Source: Minisyncoccota bacterium
GTDB taxonomy: Bacteria > Patescibacteriota > Minisyncoccia > UBA6257 > JAGOQP01
Assembly (NCBI GenBank): GCA_041674185.1
Contig: JBAYWE010000005.1
Coordinates: 1-62,701 of the forward strand
Length of the DNA stretch: 62,701 nucleotides
Reading direction: 5' to 3'
The stretch's first letter is position 1. Each line of letters opens with the position of its first letter. Both the position numbers and the translations under genes were made by a program. A model generated the notes under the pieces. It did no database searches. It had not been told where the DNA came from and worked only from the letters and a program-made list of their open reading frames with translations. Positions 37,117 through 46,569 of the stretch are shown here, piece by piece.

Positions 37117-38112
37117 CTATTTACTCCTTTTTACAACTTTCTGAGCGGCACGCACAATATCACCAACCTCCAAATGATATGCTTTATGAAGTTGGTGGGC
37201 TGTTCCCGATTGTCCAAAAACATCCTTTATACCAATCATTTCTATGGGGACAGGATACATACGTCCCGCAACCTCACTCACCGCAGATCCCAATCCTCCA
37301 TAAATAGTATGTTCTTCAACGGTAACAGCGGCCCCCGTCTTTTTTAACCACTCACTAACTGTTTTTTCATCAAACGGTTTTATGGTTGCAATACGAACCA
37401 CCACAGCAGCAATATGTAATTTCTCTAATTCTCGTGCCGCAAGTAATGTTTGATACGTCATCGCTCCCATAGCAAATAATACAACTGAAGCTTTTTTTGT
37501 TTTGGGAAGCCAAAACACTTCGGCTTTCCCGATCGTACAAGGGGTTTCTTTGGTAGTGATAAGAGGAGTTTTTTCACGCTGTAATCGAATATATACAGGG
37601 GTATTTATATAGGCAATCTGAGCAGTCATTTTACGAGCCTCAATCGCATCACAAGGAGTAAGTACCATCATATTGGGCATAGCACGCATCAATGCAATAT
37701 CTTCAATTGCCTGATGCGTAGCACCATCCGCGCCTGTAGAAATACCAGCATGATGTCCTGCGATTTTTACATTCGCATTATTGTACGCAATCGTAGTACG
37801 AATTTGTTCCCAATTACGTCCCGGAGAAAATACCGCATATGCATTTATATAAGGAATCTTCCCTGAAACCGCAAGTCCTGCGGCAACACTCGCCATATTT
37901 TGTTCAGATACACCCATCTCAAAAAATCTATCTGGATATAATTTATGAAAAGTATGTACCCGAGTAGACTCGGCAACATCCGCAGTTAAAACTACCACAT
38001 GCGGGTTTTGTCCTGCCTCAAGTAATCCCTCACCATATCCATCGCGAAGAGCAGACACAGGAACAGATTTTGAGAAAATATCATGAGATAAATTTTGAAA
38101 AGAGTTCAACAT
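37117..38112 (-). CDS. Transketolase, C-terminal (pyrimidine-binding) subunit
   Basis: 331 aa. FFEMGVSEQNM and GADGATHQ motifs. Confidence 0.85.
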   Translation of the reverse strand: MLNSFQNLSHDIFSKSVPVSALRDGYGEGLLEAGQNPHVVVLTADVAESTRVHTFHKLYPDRFFEMGVSEQNMASVAAGLAVSGKIPYINAYAVFSPGRNWEQIRTTIAYNNANVKIAGHHAGISTGADGATHQAIEDIALMRAMPNMMVLTPCDAIEARKMTAQIAYINTPVYIRLQREKTPLITTKETPCTIGKAEVFWLPKTKKASVVLFAMGAMTYQTLLAARELEKLHIAAVVVRIATIKPFDEKTVSEWLKKTGAAVTVEEHTIYGGLGSAVSEVAGRMYPVPIEMIGIKDVFGQSGTAHQLHKAYHLEVGDIVRAAQKVVKRSK

Positions 38113-38118
38113 AAAAGA

Positions 38119-38442
38119 TTAGCTATTTTTTCTAATGATATTCCAATGGAACAAGAAGAGGGGCACACCAACCACTAATAACGCAATCGCATTTGCTATC
38201 TCCCTCTGGCGATTACTCGTCCGTGTCTTTTCTTGATACGCAATTTGTTGAGCAAGATTAGGTTCTATTATTTTCTCATCTACGGGCATACGCTGAATCT
38301 GCGGATAGTCATACACCATATCTGCTTGAGTAAATACATACGCACGCAATCCTACATTAATAATTTCTACAGATCCAATAATAACAAGAACAAGCCCCAC
38401 TGCAGAAAATAAATATATATAAATTTTTTTAATCCATTCCAT
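38119..38442 (-). CDS. Small two-TM membrane protein between the transketolase subunits
   Basis: 107 aa with two hydrophobic helices. No family recognised. Confidence 0.4.
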   Translation of the reverse strand: MEWIKKIYIYLFSAVGLVLVIIGSVEIINVGLRAYVFTQADMVYDYPQIQRMPVDEKIIEPNLAQQIAYQEKTRTSNRQREIANAIALLVVGVPLFLFHWNIIRKNS

Positions 38443-38518
38443 AGTTGTAGTTTTTATTTAGATTTATGTTTCATTTTTCTCTTCTCTTAATACATACGAC
38501 ATACCCCATAATACGCAT

Positions 38519-39376
38519 TTACTCATGCTCTCCTGTAATCTTACCTCCTAACGTACGAAGCTCTTGTAATGCAAGACGAGCCTGTTCTTGAGAAGGAGGC
38601 GCACCATGCCACATATATGAACGCTCCATAAATGAAACTCCTTTTCCGGGGATAGTATGCGCAATAATTACCGTCGGCTTTTCATATATTGCTTTCGCTT
38701 CATACGTAGCATCAATACAAGCTTCAATATTATGACCGTCAATTTCTATAACGTGCCAACCAAATGCTTCATATTTTTCATGTAAGGACTCTAAAGGCAT
38801 TACCTCTTCAGTGAAACCATCTATTTGAATATTATTACGATCAATAATAACCGTAAGAGAATTTAATTTAAGCTTGCCCGCAAGCAAGAGAGCCTCCCAT
38901 GTTTGCCCCTCATTATGTTCTCCATCAGAGAGAATGACATAGGTGCGATATTGTTTTCTATCCATACGTCCCGCAAGGGCAATTCCAATTCCCTGAGAAA
39001 GACCACTCCCCAGAGGACCTGAAGTTGTTTCAATTCCCGGGAGTGATGCGCGATGCGGATGCCCCTGTAAACGAGATCCGAACTTACGTAAAGTGTTTAA
39101 TTCTTTCAAAGGAAAATACCCCGCCCGCGCTAGAGCAGCATATTGCACAGGACAAATATGCCCATTAGAAAGTACCAACCTATCACGATCTGCCCATAGT
39201 GGTTTTTTGGGATTATGATTTAATACACCAAAATAGAGAGCGGTAAAAACATCTGCCATACCAAGAGACCCCGCACTATGTCCCGATCCCGCTTTTTCAA
39301 GCATAGCAATAACATCTTCGCGAAGATGATTTGCAATAACATATAGTTGTTTTATTTTTTTATGGGATGAATACAT
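38519..39376 (-). CDS. Transketolase, N-terminal (TPP-binding) subunit
   Basis: 285 aa. SGHSAGSLG, LSNGH and GDGEHNEG-like (SDGEHNEG) motifs. Confidence 0.85.
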   Translation of the reverse strand: MYSSHKKIKQLYVIANHLREDVIAMLEKAGSGHSAGSLGMADVFTALYFGVLNHNPKKPLWADRDRLVLSNGHICPVQYAALARAGYFPLKELNTLRKFGSRLQGHPHRASLPGIETTSGPLGSGLSQGIGIALAGRMDRKQYRTYVILSDGEHNEGQTWEALLLAGKLKLNSLTVIIDRNNIQIDGFTEEVMPLESLHEKYEAFGWHVIEIDGHNIEACIDATYEAKAIYEKPTVIIAHTIPGKGVSFMERSYMWHGAPPSQEQARLALQELRTLGGKITGEHE

Positions 39377-39394
39377 AGAGCTAAATAGTTACAA

Positions 39395-40039
39395 CTAACA
39401 ACTTTCCACTAATTTCTTATATGCTTCTTCTGGATTTTTACTTTCCCAAATATATGTTGCAGATGTTACACGAGTAACATGAAGAGCTATAAGTTTTTTT
39501 GCGATAACGGGAGTGATACCTCCATCAACAGTAAGTATAACACGCGGATATTTCTCTTTCAAAAAAGAAATAACTCGCAATGTCCGTGCTTGAAATTTTT
39601 GTCCCGCACGACCAGGAACAACAGAGAGGACAAGAGCGCTGTGGACTCCCCTTGGAAGTACAATATCACGCAATACATCTGTACTACGCACAACGACACC
39701 CACTTCAATCCCCTGCTTTCTCCAAGAACGCATAAGAAATTCAAACCGCTCCATATTATGAATCTCATTAAGGTGATAAAAAATACGCTTCACTCCTGGA
39801 GCACGATGAGCACGAGAAAAGAATAGTTCTTCAGGAACCATACAGTGCAATTCAAACGAGAACTGATCTGCATATTCTTGAAATATCTGAGGAAATAGTG
39901 GAACACGGATAGTCGAAACAGGAGGAACGCCAACATCAAAATGAACCCGGTCTACCCGAGGAGAAAAAGATTGCAGTATATGAAGATGCCGTTTTGCATC
40001 AGAGACCGTTTCACTATTGATAACAGGGATAACTTCCAT
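39395..40039 (-). CDS. TIM-barrel protein, ribulose-phosphate 3-epimerase-like
   Basis: 214 aa. HFDV and VDGGI motifs, and a pentose-phosphate gene neighbourhood. The sequence is divergent. Confidence 0.45.
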   Translation of the reverse strand: MEVIPVINSETVSDAKRHLHILQSFSPRVDRVHFDVGVPPVSTIRVPLFPQIFQEYADQFSFELHCMVPEELFFSRAHRAPGVKRIFYHLNEIHNMERFEFLMRSWRKQGIEVGVVVRSTDVLRDIVLPRGVHSALVLSVVPGRAGQKFQARTLRVISFLKEKYPRVILTVDGGITPVIAKKLIALHVTRVTSATYIWESKNPEEAYKKLVESC

Positions 40040-40121
40040 ATCTATTCAGTATACACTAAAAAAGAGCTGATAGAAACATAATAAAATTGAAGAAAGTGAA
40101 AAAACAAACTAAAATATATTT

Positions 40122-40667
40122 ATGAGACTTATTTTAGTAAGACACGGAGAAACACGTGAGGGAAAAAAAGGAGTTATATTAGGATCTCTTGGGGGGCACC
40201 TTACTACACAGGGAAAACAAGAAGCAAAAGAACTTACTCAAAGCCTCATTACTAAAAAAATAATTCCTCACAAAATTATCTCAAGTCCTCTTCAGCGAGC
40301 GTTAGATACCGCAAAGATTATTTCTCATATTTTTAAAATTCCTATAATTCAAGAACCCTTAACGCGAGAACGGGGAGCCGGCATTGCAGAAGGGAAACAA
40401 GAAAATGAGATAGTCTGGAACACATATGAGAAGAAAACTCTCACGCAACGTAGACATAAAGGAGGAGAAAGTTTCACACAAGTATACAAACGAGCTAAAA
40501 AATTTATAGAAAAGTTACAAAAGGAATATACCACAGAAACGATTCTCGTTGTGTCACACAGTGTGTTTATTCTTATGTGCGTTGCTATTTTAAAAAACAG
40601 AACCATAGAACAAATTATAAAAAATAAACCGAAAGAAGAACTTATAATTCTGAAATTAAAAAAATAA
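40122..40667 (+). CDS. Histidine phosphatase family protein
   Basis: 181 aa. RLILVRHGET catalytic motif and VSHS. Confidence 0.75.
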   Translation: MRLILVRHGETREGKKGVILGSLGGHLTTQGKQEAKELTQSLITKKIIPHKIISSPLQRALDTAKIISHIFKIPIIQEPLTRERGAGIAEGKQENEIVWNTYEKKTLTQRRHKGGESFTQVYKRAKKFIEKLQKEYTTETILVVSHSVFILMCVAILKNRTIEQIIKNKPKEELIILKLKK

Positions 40668-40698
40668 GAGCCCCCACTCTTATTCTCATATAATTAGA

Positions 40699-41160
40699 TT
40701 ATTTACTCTCTTTCACTTCATACTCTACCTCACTAATCTTTTGCACACGACGCACATAAGCATCTCCCCCATCGAAATCGGTTTGTAACCACGTTGAAAT
40801 AATTTTTTTCGCTACATCACCTAAAATAAAATCGGCTGGGATTGCAATAACATTTGCATCATCGTCATGACGCGCTGCAATTGCTTGATCAGCAGAAAAA
40901 CATAACGAACAACGAATGTTAGGAAATTTATTTGCAACAATAGAAACACCAACCCCAGATCCACACAATACAATACCTCGTCGACTTGCATCCTTTCCCA
41001 CCTGTCGCGCTACTTCGCTCGCAAAATCAACATAATCATCCTGATCATTATGTTCGATATTTCCACAATCAATAATCTCATACCCTGACTCTTTAAAATA
41101 TGAAATGAGACCTTCTTTTAAATTAAACCCTCGATGATCTGCACCAATGTATATAACCAT
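40699..41160 (-). CDS. rpiB: Ribose-5-phosphate isomerase B
   Basis: 153 aa. IGADHRGF and LCGSGVGVSIVANK motifs. Confidence 0.9.
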   Translation of the reverse strand: MVIYIGADHRGFNLKEGLISYFKESGYEIIDCGNIEHNDQDDYVDFASEVARQVGKDASRRGIVLCGSGVGVSIVANKFPNIRCSLCFSADQAIAARHDDDANVIAIPADFILGDVAKKIISTWLQTDFDGGDAYVRRVQKISEVEYEVKESK

Positions 41161-41171
41161 AATAAAATGAG

Positions 41172-41211
41172 TGATTAGTAGTTAGCGATGATTAGTAGTT
41201 AGTGATTAGTA
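41172..41211. repeat. Direct repeats tgattagtagttag (x2) plus tgattagta immediately upstream of rpiB
   Basis: Read directly at 41172-41185, 41189-41202 and 41203-41211. Confidence 0.6.
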
Positions 41212-41334
41212 TAGCTCATTTAAAGATGAGTATAAAGGATCATAAAATCCAAAACCCCCTTTCGAGAGTTTTGGATTTTACTATTTACCAGTAATTAATT
41301 ATTCCTTACTAGTTATGAATCATTCGTTACTAAT

Positions 41335-44300
41335 TTATTGTCCTGGATTTGTTTCTCCACCGCTTCCCGAAAGAACAGTAGTAGAAGTAGCGCAGGTCGT
41401 AGAACTATTTTTGCTATTCTTTAGAAATCCTCCCCCAATAGTATCTAATTCAATAATTTTTGCGATAGGAGTATATTTTCCTGAATTCAAAAATACATAT
41501 GTTTCAGAAGTTGTTGAGGCGGTAATATTTTTTCCACCCTCAGGAAGCGTCTTTTGTTCGGTAACCTTACTACCTCCATTTGCATTCATGAGGAACGTAT
41601 AACCACTCTCAGTTCCTCCTTTCGGTTTGAGAATAAAGATAGGATGGAACGGAGGAAGTCCAACGGATTTATTCATGTTCAAAGTACATACCAAAGGCGC
41701 ATATGCGGTTATCGCCTGGGAAACAACGTCGCTTTCTAATTGGGCGTACTTAGGAACCGTAGGAGCGTCTTTATCAGATACTCGTAATGTAATTTGATAT
41801 ATAGTTTTTACAGATGTCGCTGCGTATATGTGCTTTACACTACTACTTGCGGCATTCAATGTGATTGCATATCCATCACCAAAATCAAGAACGTATCTAT
41901 ACGTACCACTTCCTCGTCCTCCGTTTGCCGTAACCGCAACCTCAACCTGATCAGGAGTAATAAGACGTGCCTGTGGAGTAGGAGATTTGAGAGTAAGTAT
42001 TCCCTGAATTTGTGGGATGACATCTATAGAACACGCAGTACTAATATCACGTTTTGGCCAATTAGTTTCAGAGACAGTTCCACTCACTGAATGACTATAT
42101 CTGTCAGTACCCGCCGAAGGAGAAATCATACTAGTAAACGCTTTTCCACAGTATGAACTTGAAGATCCAGGAGTAAAATCAGACGAACAGGCAAGTGGGG
42201 GCATACCTCCAGATCCATCAACGGTTGCGGTAGCATTATGACTCACTAATATTTCAGTTGGAGAAACAGCAAGATCTACACATAATTGAGGAGCACAAGA
42301 GATTGATTTAATTGCCTTATTTTTATAACTACAAACTCCGGTATCAGGATTTCCATTTGTACCCTTTGTCACCGTACAAGTTCCCACGGTGAAATAGTCT
42401 AATCCCGAGCATCCATTAAAGCAATCAACATCTTTTAAGCATGAGGTTGGAATGTCTGGTTCGGGCTCACTCGTACATGATGATTGTTGACAATCCCCCA
42501 TAGGAATCACTACAACTTTATTTATATTAATAGTTCTTGAATCGGTAGCGGTCGTACCATTCGCATCGGTTACCGTACCTGTTACAGTATACGTTCCAGA
42601 AGATGCAAAAGCATGATTTACAGAAGAACCCACAACATCACCAGAACCATCACCAAAATTAACCTTATATGTTTTAGCACCAGTTCCCCCTGTCGAAGTT
42701 ATATCAGCAGTTATGGATTCATTAACTTTTGCTCCAGATTTATTCAACGAAAGTTTCGCGGTTAATGTTGAGTCTGTAATCGTAACTCCGTATACCGCCA
42801 ATCGAGGAGAGACAGTAGGATATTTTGTTGCATTTGCGCGTGCAATAATAACATCATTCTTAGATCCGGTAGTTCCTACGGGAACAGTAATGGTTGTGGT
42901 AACATTACAACCATTTACCGCAACCGTAGAACCAGCAAATGTAGTGTACGTAATATCAGCACACGACATATTTACAGGAAATGATTCTAAATGAAATGAA
43001 ACATCAGCAGGGAGAGCGTCGGCTGAGATTGTTTTCGTTTGCAGTAACGGAAGAAAATCAAATGAAGGAGTCGCAGAAACAGGAGCTGGATATACTGTCA
43101 TAGTTGCTGTTGCAACGGCGAATGAAGTTCCCCCATTACCCGCAATACCAATGGCTTGATATGTAGTGGTTGCAGTAACAGGGCCATATGACAATAGAGT
43201 TGTATTAGTAGCTGTTATGATAGCGGGAGAAGAACTAACTCCAGATGAGAATATATAGACAAGTGGATTAGAAAGATTAGTTGTTAAAGTACCGGTTACC
43301 GTACAAGGACCAATACAAAAACTTGGAACAAGAGAAAGAGATGAGGTTATACTTGGCGGAACAACAATAGGATCAGGACTTAAGGTAATAGTAATAGTAA
43401 CAGAGGTTGCATTCTTTCCATCTAAATCAGAAGCATTAAGAATAATGGATCCTGAGGTAGTAGCAGTTACCGTAGAAGAAGCTAGTCGGGTAATAACTAG
43501 ATTCTGAGAGAAACTATTTGAATTAATAACATTACGTTTAATAGTTATCGTAGAATTATCTATCGTTTCATAATAAGCTTTAATATATTTTTCTAATGAA
43601 AGATAGGATGGATCCGAAGTCTGAATAATATTTTCTGGATTACTATATCCAGAAGTATTTACAGTAACTCCAATATTTTTCGAAATTCCCTTAGAATCCG
43701 CCGCAAACGATTCAGTTGTTTTTGTGGGAACAAGAGTTATAGATTTACACGCTCCTACAGAAACACTAACGGTCTGCATGGGTGCAAAACGAGTATCGGG
43801 AGAAACGGCATATTCATAGGTAGTGTTTTGTGCAACAGTTTTATCTTCATAATAAAAATTTGCAGACGTTCCTAATTGCACAAATGGATTAATTCTATCT
43901 ACACGAAAATAAGAAGCAGAAGGATTAACTTGATCCCATCGTTCAATAGTGACAACAGGCTTTCCACTTTCACATTTCCACGAAGCTAAAATATTAGGAG
44001 TAGCCACAGGAGCAGGAAGTACCGTTACCACCGCAGAGGCAGTTAATCCATATGAATCTACCGTAACAGTCACGGTGGTGGTCGCGCTTGGACGAGAAAT
44101 AACTTTAAACTCTTTTATACAAAGTCCATTATTAGAAGCACCCGTATGAGAGAAGTAACAACCACTGGGACTAACTGCGGGAGCTAAAACAGCTGGATTA
44201 CTCGATGACCACGAAGTTGCGCCTAAGCCCCCAACAGTTATCGGTGGTTGTGCGACTCCTCCAATAGTTTTAGTAAGAAGTGCTTGAAATCCAACATATG

Positions 44301-45267
44301 ATTCTGAGGCATCTATAGTTTCTGTTGTTGGGGTTATAGCAAGTGTATCTGTTTGTACAGGAGTTCCACCTGTTGTTTTAGGAGCATATACATTAATGGA
44401 ACGAGTGCTACTAAAATCACCCTTACCCGCAACTGGATTAATCGCAACTTCAATAATAGGATATGTTTGCCATACTCCCCCTATTTTCTTTGCAGCAGTA
44501 TAATTTCTGAAGGCAGACCCTCCATAAAACACCCCACCTTCCACAGTAGCCCTATAACCATTTATATCAGGGGTCCAAGTTCCCCAGGTCCCATAATCAT
44601 CATCAATATAAGCACCCACTCCAGCAGGAAACCCATCTTCCACAAAAATAGAATCATATGCACCACCAGGATTAGGTTTGGGATTAGAATTGTTTACCGG
44701 AAGAAGAGCGCACATTCTATAATCTCCTGCCGCATATCCATTCATCGGTTGAGATACATTACAATTAGTCGCATTAAATTGATCGTTACTATATGTAGCC
44801 AATTTAATTCCAGTATATGCGTTATATTCTACTTTCTGAATCTGCAATGTGGCTGAAACGCTCTCGTATCCATTAGAATTCGAAGTAATCACGTATGGGT
44901 AAGATCCACTCGTAAGAGGAGTACCACTTGTTGGTTTTACTGAGATACTAATACGAATCTGAAAGTCGCCACTACCGCATGCGGTTGGATAATTTGTCCA
45001 ATCTGCATCACCGGTAATAGACGCTCCAGCAATTTTTACTGTTTGCCCTCCCAAAGAAAAAGTATCTTGAATTCTCACGCAGAGACTTTTCTCTTGAGGA
45101 TTAGACACAGTAACCAAAAGATTTCCAGAATAAGAACCATTCTCATACGGAAGTGTTTGTTGGTTTGGGGTAACCCCCACACTTTCAACTGGTTTTGCAT
45201 ATGCAGTTGATCCAACAGAAAACAAAACGACTATTAATATCAATGCGATTATAATTTTTTTATACAT
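41335..45267 (-). CDS. Giant secreted surface protein with PKD/Ig-like repeats
   Basis: 1310 aa. Signal peptide. PKD motifs (FGDGSGDVVGSSVNHAFASSGTYTVTGTVTD; DFGDGYA...HIY). Cys-rich linker. Confidence 0.7.
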   Translation of the reverse strand: MYKKIIIALILIVVLFSVGSTAYAKPVESVGVTPNQQTLPYENGSYSGNLLVTVSNPQEKSLCVRIQDTFSLGGQTVKIAGASITGDADWTNYPTACGSGDFQIRISISVKPTSGTPLTSGSYPYVITSNSNGYESVSATLQIQKVEYNAYTGIKLATYSNDQFNATNCNVSQPMNGYAAGDYRMCALLPVNNSNPKPNPGGAYDSIFVEDGFPAGVGAYIDDDYGTWGTWTPDINGYRATVEGGVFYGGSAFRNYTAAKKIGGVWQTYPIIEVAINPVAGKGDFSSTRSINVYAPKTTGGTPVQTDTLAITPTTETIDASESYVGFQALLTKTIGGVAQPPITVGGLGATSWSSSNPAVLAPAVSPSGCYFSHTGASNNGLCIKEFKVISRPSATTTVTVTVDSYGLTASAVVTVLPAPVATPNILASWKCESGKPVVTIERWDQVNPSASYFRVDRINPFVQLGTSANFYYEDKTVAQNTTYEYAVSPDTRFAPMQTVSVSVGACKSITLVPTKTTESFAADSKGISKNIGVTVNTSGYSNPENIIQTSDPSYLSLEKYIKAYYETIDNSTITIKRNVINSNSFSQNLVITRLASSTVTATTSGSIILNASDLDGKNATSVTITITLSPDPIVVPPSITSSLSLVPSFCIGPCTVTGTLTTNLSNPLVYIFSSGVSSSPAIITATNTTLLSYGPVTATTTYQAIGIAGNGGTSFAVATATMTVYPAPVSATPSFDFLPLLQTKTISADALPADVSFHLESFPVNMSCADITYTTFAGSTVAVNGCNVTTTITVPVGTTGSKNDVIIARANATKYPTVSPRLAVYGVTITDSTLTAKLSLNKSGAKVNESITADITSTGGTGAKTYKVNFGDGSGDVVGSSVNHAFASSGTYTVTGTVTDANGTTATDSRTININKVVVIPMGDCQQSSCTSEPEPDIPTSCLKDVDCFNGCSGLDYFTVGTCTVTKGTNGNPDTGVCSYKNKAIKSISCAPQLCVDLAVSPTEILVSHNATATVDGSGGMPPLACSSDFTPGSSSSYCGKAFTSMISPSAGTDRYSHSVSGTVSETNWPKRDISTACSIDVIPQIQGILTLKSPTPQARLITPDQVEVAVTANGGRGSGTYRYVLDFGDGYAITLNAASSSVKHIYAATSVKTIYQITLRVSDKDAPTVPKYAQLESDVVSQAITAYAPLVCTLNMNKSVGLPPFHPIFILKPKGGTESGYTFLMNANGGSKVTEQKTLPEGGKNITASTTSETYVFLNSGKYTPIAKIIELDTIGGGFLKNSKNSSTTCATSTTVLSGSGGETNPGQ

Positions 45268-45325
45268 ACGTACATTATCTTAATTGCCGATAGTATATCA
45301 CAAAATAAAAAACAAAAGGAGTGGA

Positions 45326-45354
45326 TAACAAAAAAGTCCCACCGAGGTGAGACT
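45326..45354 (-). terminator. Rho-independent terminator
   Basis: Minus-strand stem agtctcacc/ggtgggact (one G-U pair) followed by a T-run. Confidence 0.5.
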
Positions 45355-45395
45355 TTTTGTCTGCAAAAGAACAGGAGAAAACAATAAAAATCAAC

Positions 45396-46289
45396 TTACT
45401 TAACCAATGCCATCTTTTTTGAAAGTAATGCGTTTCTACCGATTAATCGGTAGATATACATACCAGATGGTAAACCAACCGCATTAAAAGTAAATTCATG
45501 AGATCCGATAGGTAGATATCCATTAACAAGAGTAGAAATTTCTTCACCAAGAATATTATATACTGCTAGTTTATAATCTCCTGATTCAGGAATAGATATC
45601 TTAATTTTGGTACTTGGATTAAACGGATTAGGATAGTTCTGAGAAAGAGTAAACCCCGTTGGAATACTGGGGTTATCTTCAATAGCCGTTATTGTAGAGA
45701 AGAGGTATACATAATAACATACACCATTTTTCCACAACTCTATTCGAGATATTGCTATAACCGCTTTCATAAGAGAAGTGGATTGCCCAACAGTTACTCC
45801 TACCCCAAACCCTTCAAACGAAGGGACTGGATATTGGATTCCCCAAGTGTATGTGCCCCACGTAGGACCAATATCTTTAGCTTCGCTGAAATATCCTCCA
45901 CTAGCTGTCTTTTGAAGTAATTTAACCTTCAAACGAACAATAGGAAGATTTTCAGGACTAGTTGATTTAATCATCGCAGTGATCCTTACCGAATCTGGAA
46001 TAGGAAGTATCTCGGTTGGATCTGCAATCCAATTAAAACCAGCATAATTTTCCATATACGGAATATCACCTTGCTCCAAAATTCTCACAGAGCATCCTAG
46101 TTGAGGACAGGTGTCTATATACGTTTTAAATTCAGCATATGGGGAATTGGAATAAGACAACCAAGGAACCCGATTCACCCACTTTGCATTAAAATTCTGG
46201 ATTGCATTTCCAGTTTGACTAGAAACTCCTGCAGGAAAAATGTATATGACGAGCAGGAGGATAACGATATAAGATGTAGTACGTTTCAT
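45396..46289 (-). CDS. Secreted protein with a T9SS type-A C-terminal sorting domain
   Basis: 297 aa with a signal peptide. The C-terminus LSQNYPNPFNPSTKIKISIPE...VYNILGEEISTLVNG...GSHEFTFNA..LPSGMYIYRL matches the Por secretion tail signature. Strong GGAGGT RBS. Confidence 0.8.
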   Translation of the reverse strand: MKRTTSYIVILLLVIYIFPAGVSSQTGNAIQNFNAKWVNRVPWLSYSNSPYAEFKTYIDTCPQLGCSVRILEQGDIPYMENYAGFNWIADPTEILPIPDSVRITAMIKSTSPENLPIVRLKVKLLQKTASGGYFSEAKDIGPTWGTYTWGIQYPVPSFEGFGVGVTVGQSTSLMKAVIAISRIELWKNGVCYYVYLFSTITAIEDNPSIPTGFTLSQNYPNPFNPSTKIKISIPESGDYKLAVYNILGEEISTLVNGYLPIGSHEFTFNAVGLPSGMYIYRLIGRNALLSKKMALVK

Positions 46290-46456
46290 TTTGCACCTCC
46301 GTGCCTTTTATTTTTATAAAATTTTCAGATATGTTTCACCAAAAACCTGAATTTATTTTAATGTTTTGATTTTATTATCTTCTTTGTAAAGGTAACTGAT
46401 TATAGTATACCCCATATTTAAGGATTGAGCAAGTTGTCAAGTCCTCCCTATTCTCT

Positions 46457-46483
46457 AAAAAATAGCTCTATGAGCTATTTTTT
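46457..46483. terminator. Perfect hairpin aaaaaatagctc tat gagctatttttt between divergent genes
   Basis: 12-bp arms with A/T runs on both sides. Confidence 0.55.
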
Positions 46484-46569
46484 AAGATGTATGATATAAG
46501 TTATGCACAGCAAAGACAGCACCACACCCAGATTTCTTCCACTGTCGGAATATGATATACTTCTATTAA

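Noticed and set aside
45396-46289. The T9SS-CTD gene as evidence that the contig is a chimeric assembly.
   Set aside because: Both flanks (the giant PKD protein on one side, parAB/rpoBC on the other) share the same strand bias, the same SD-less start contexts and the same gene style. A chimera would need two independent mis-joins. Local acquisition is more parsimonious, but read support should still be checked.
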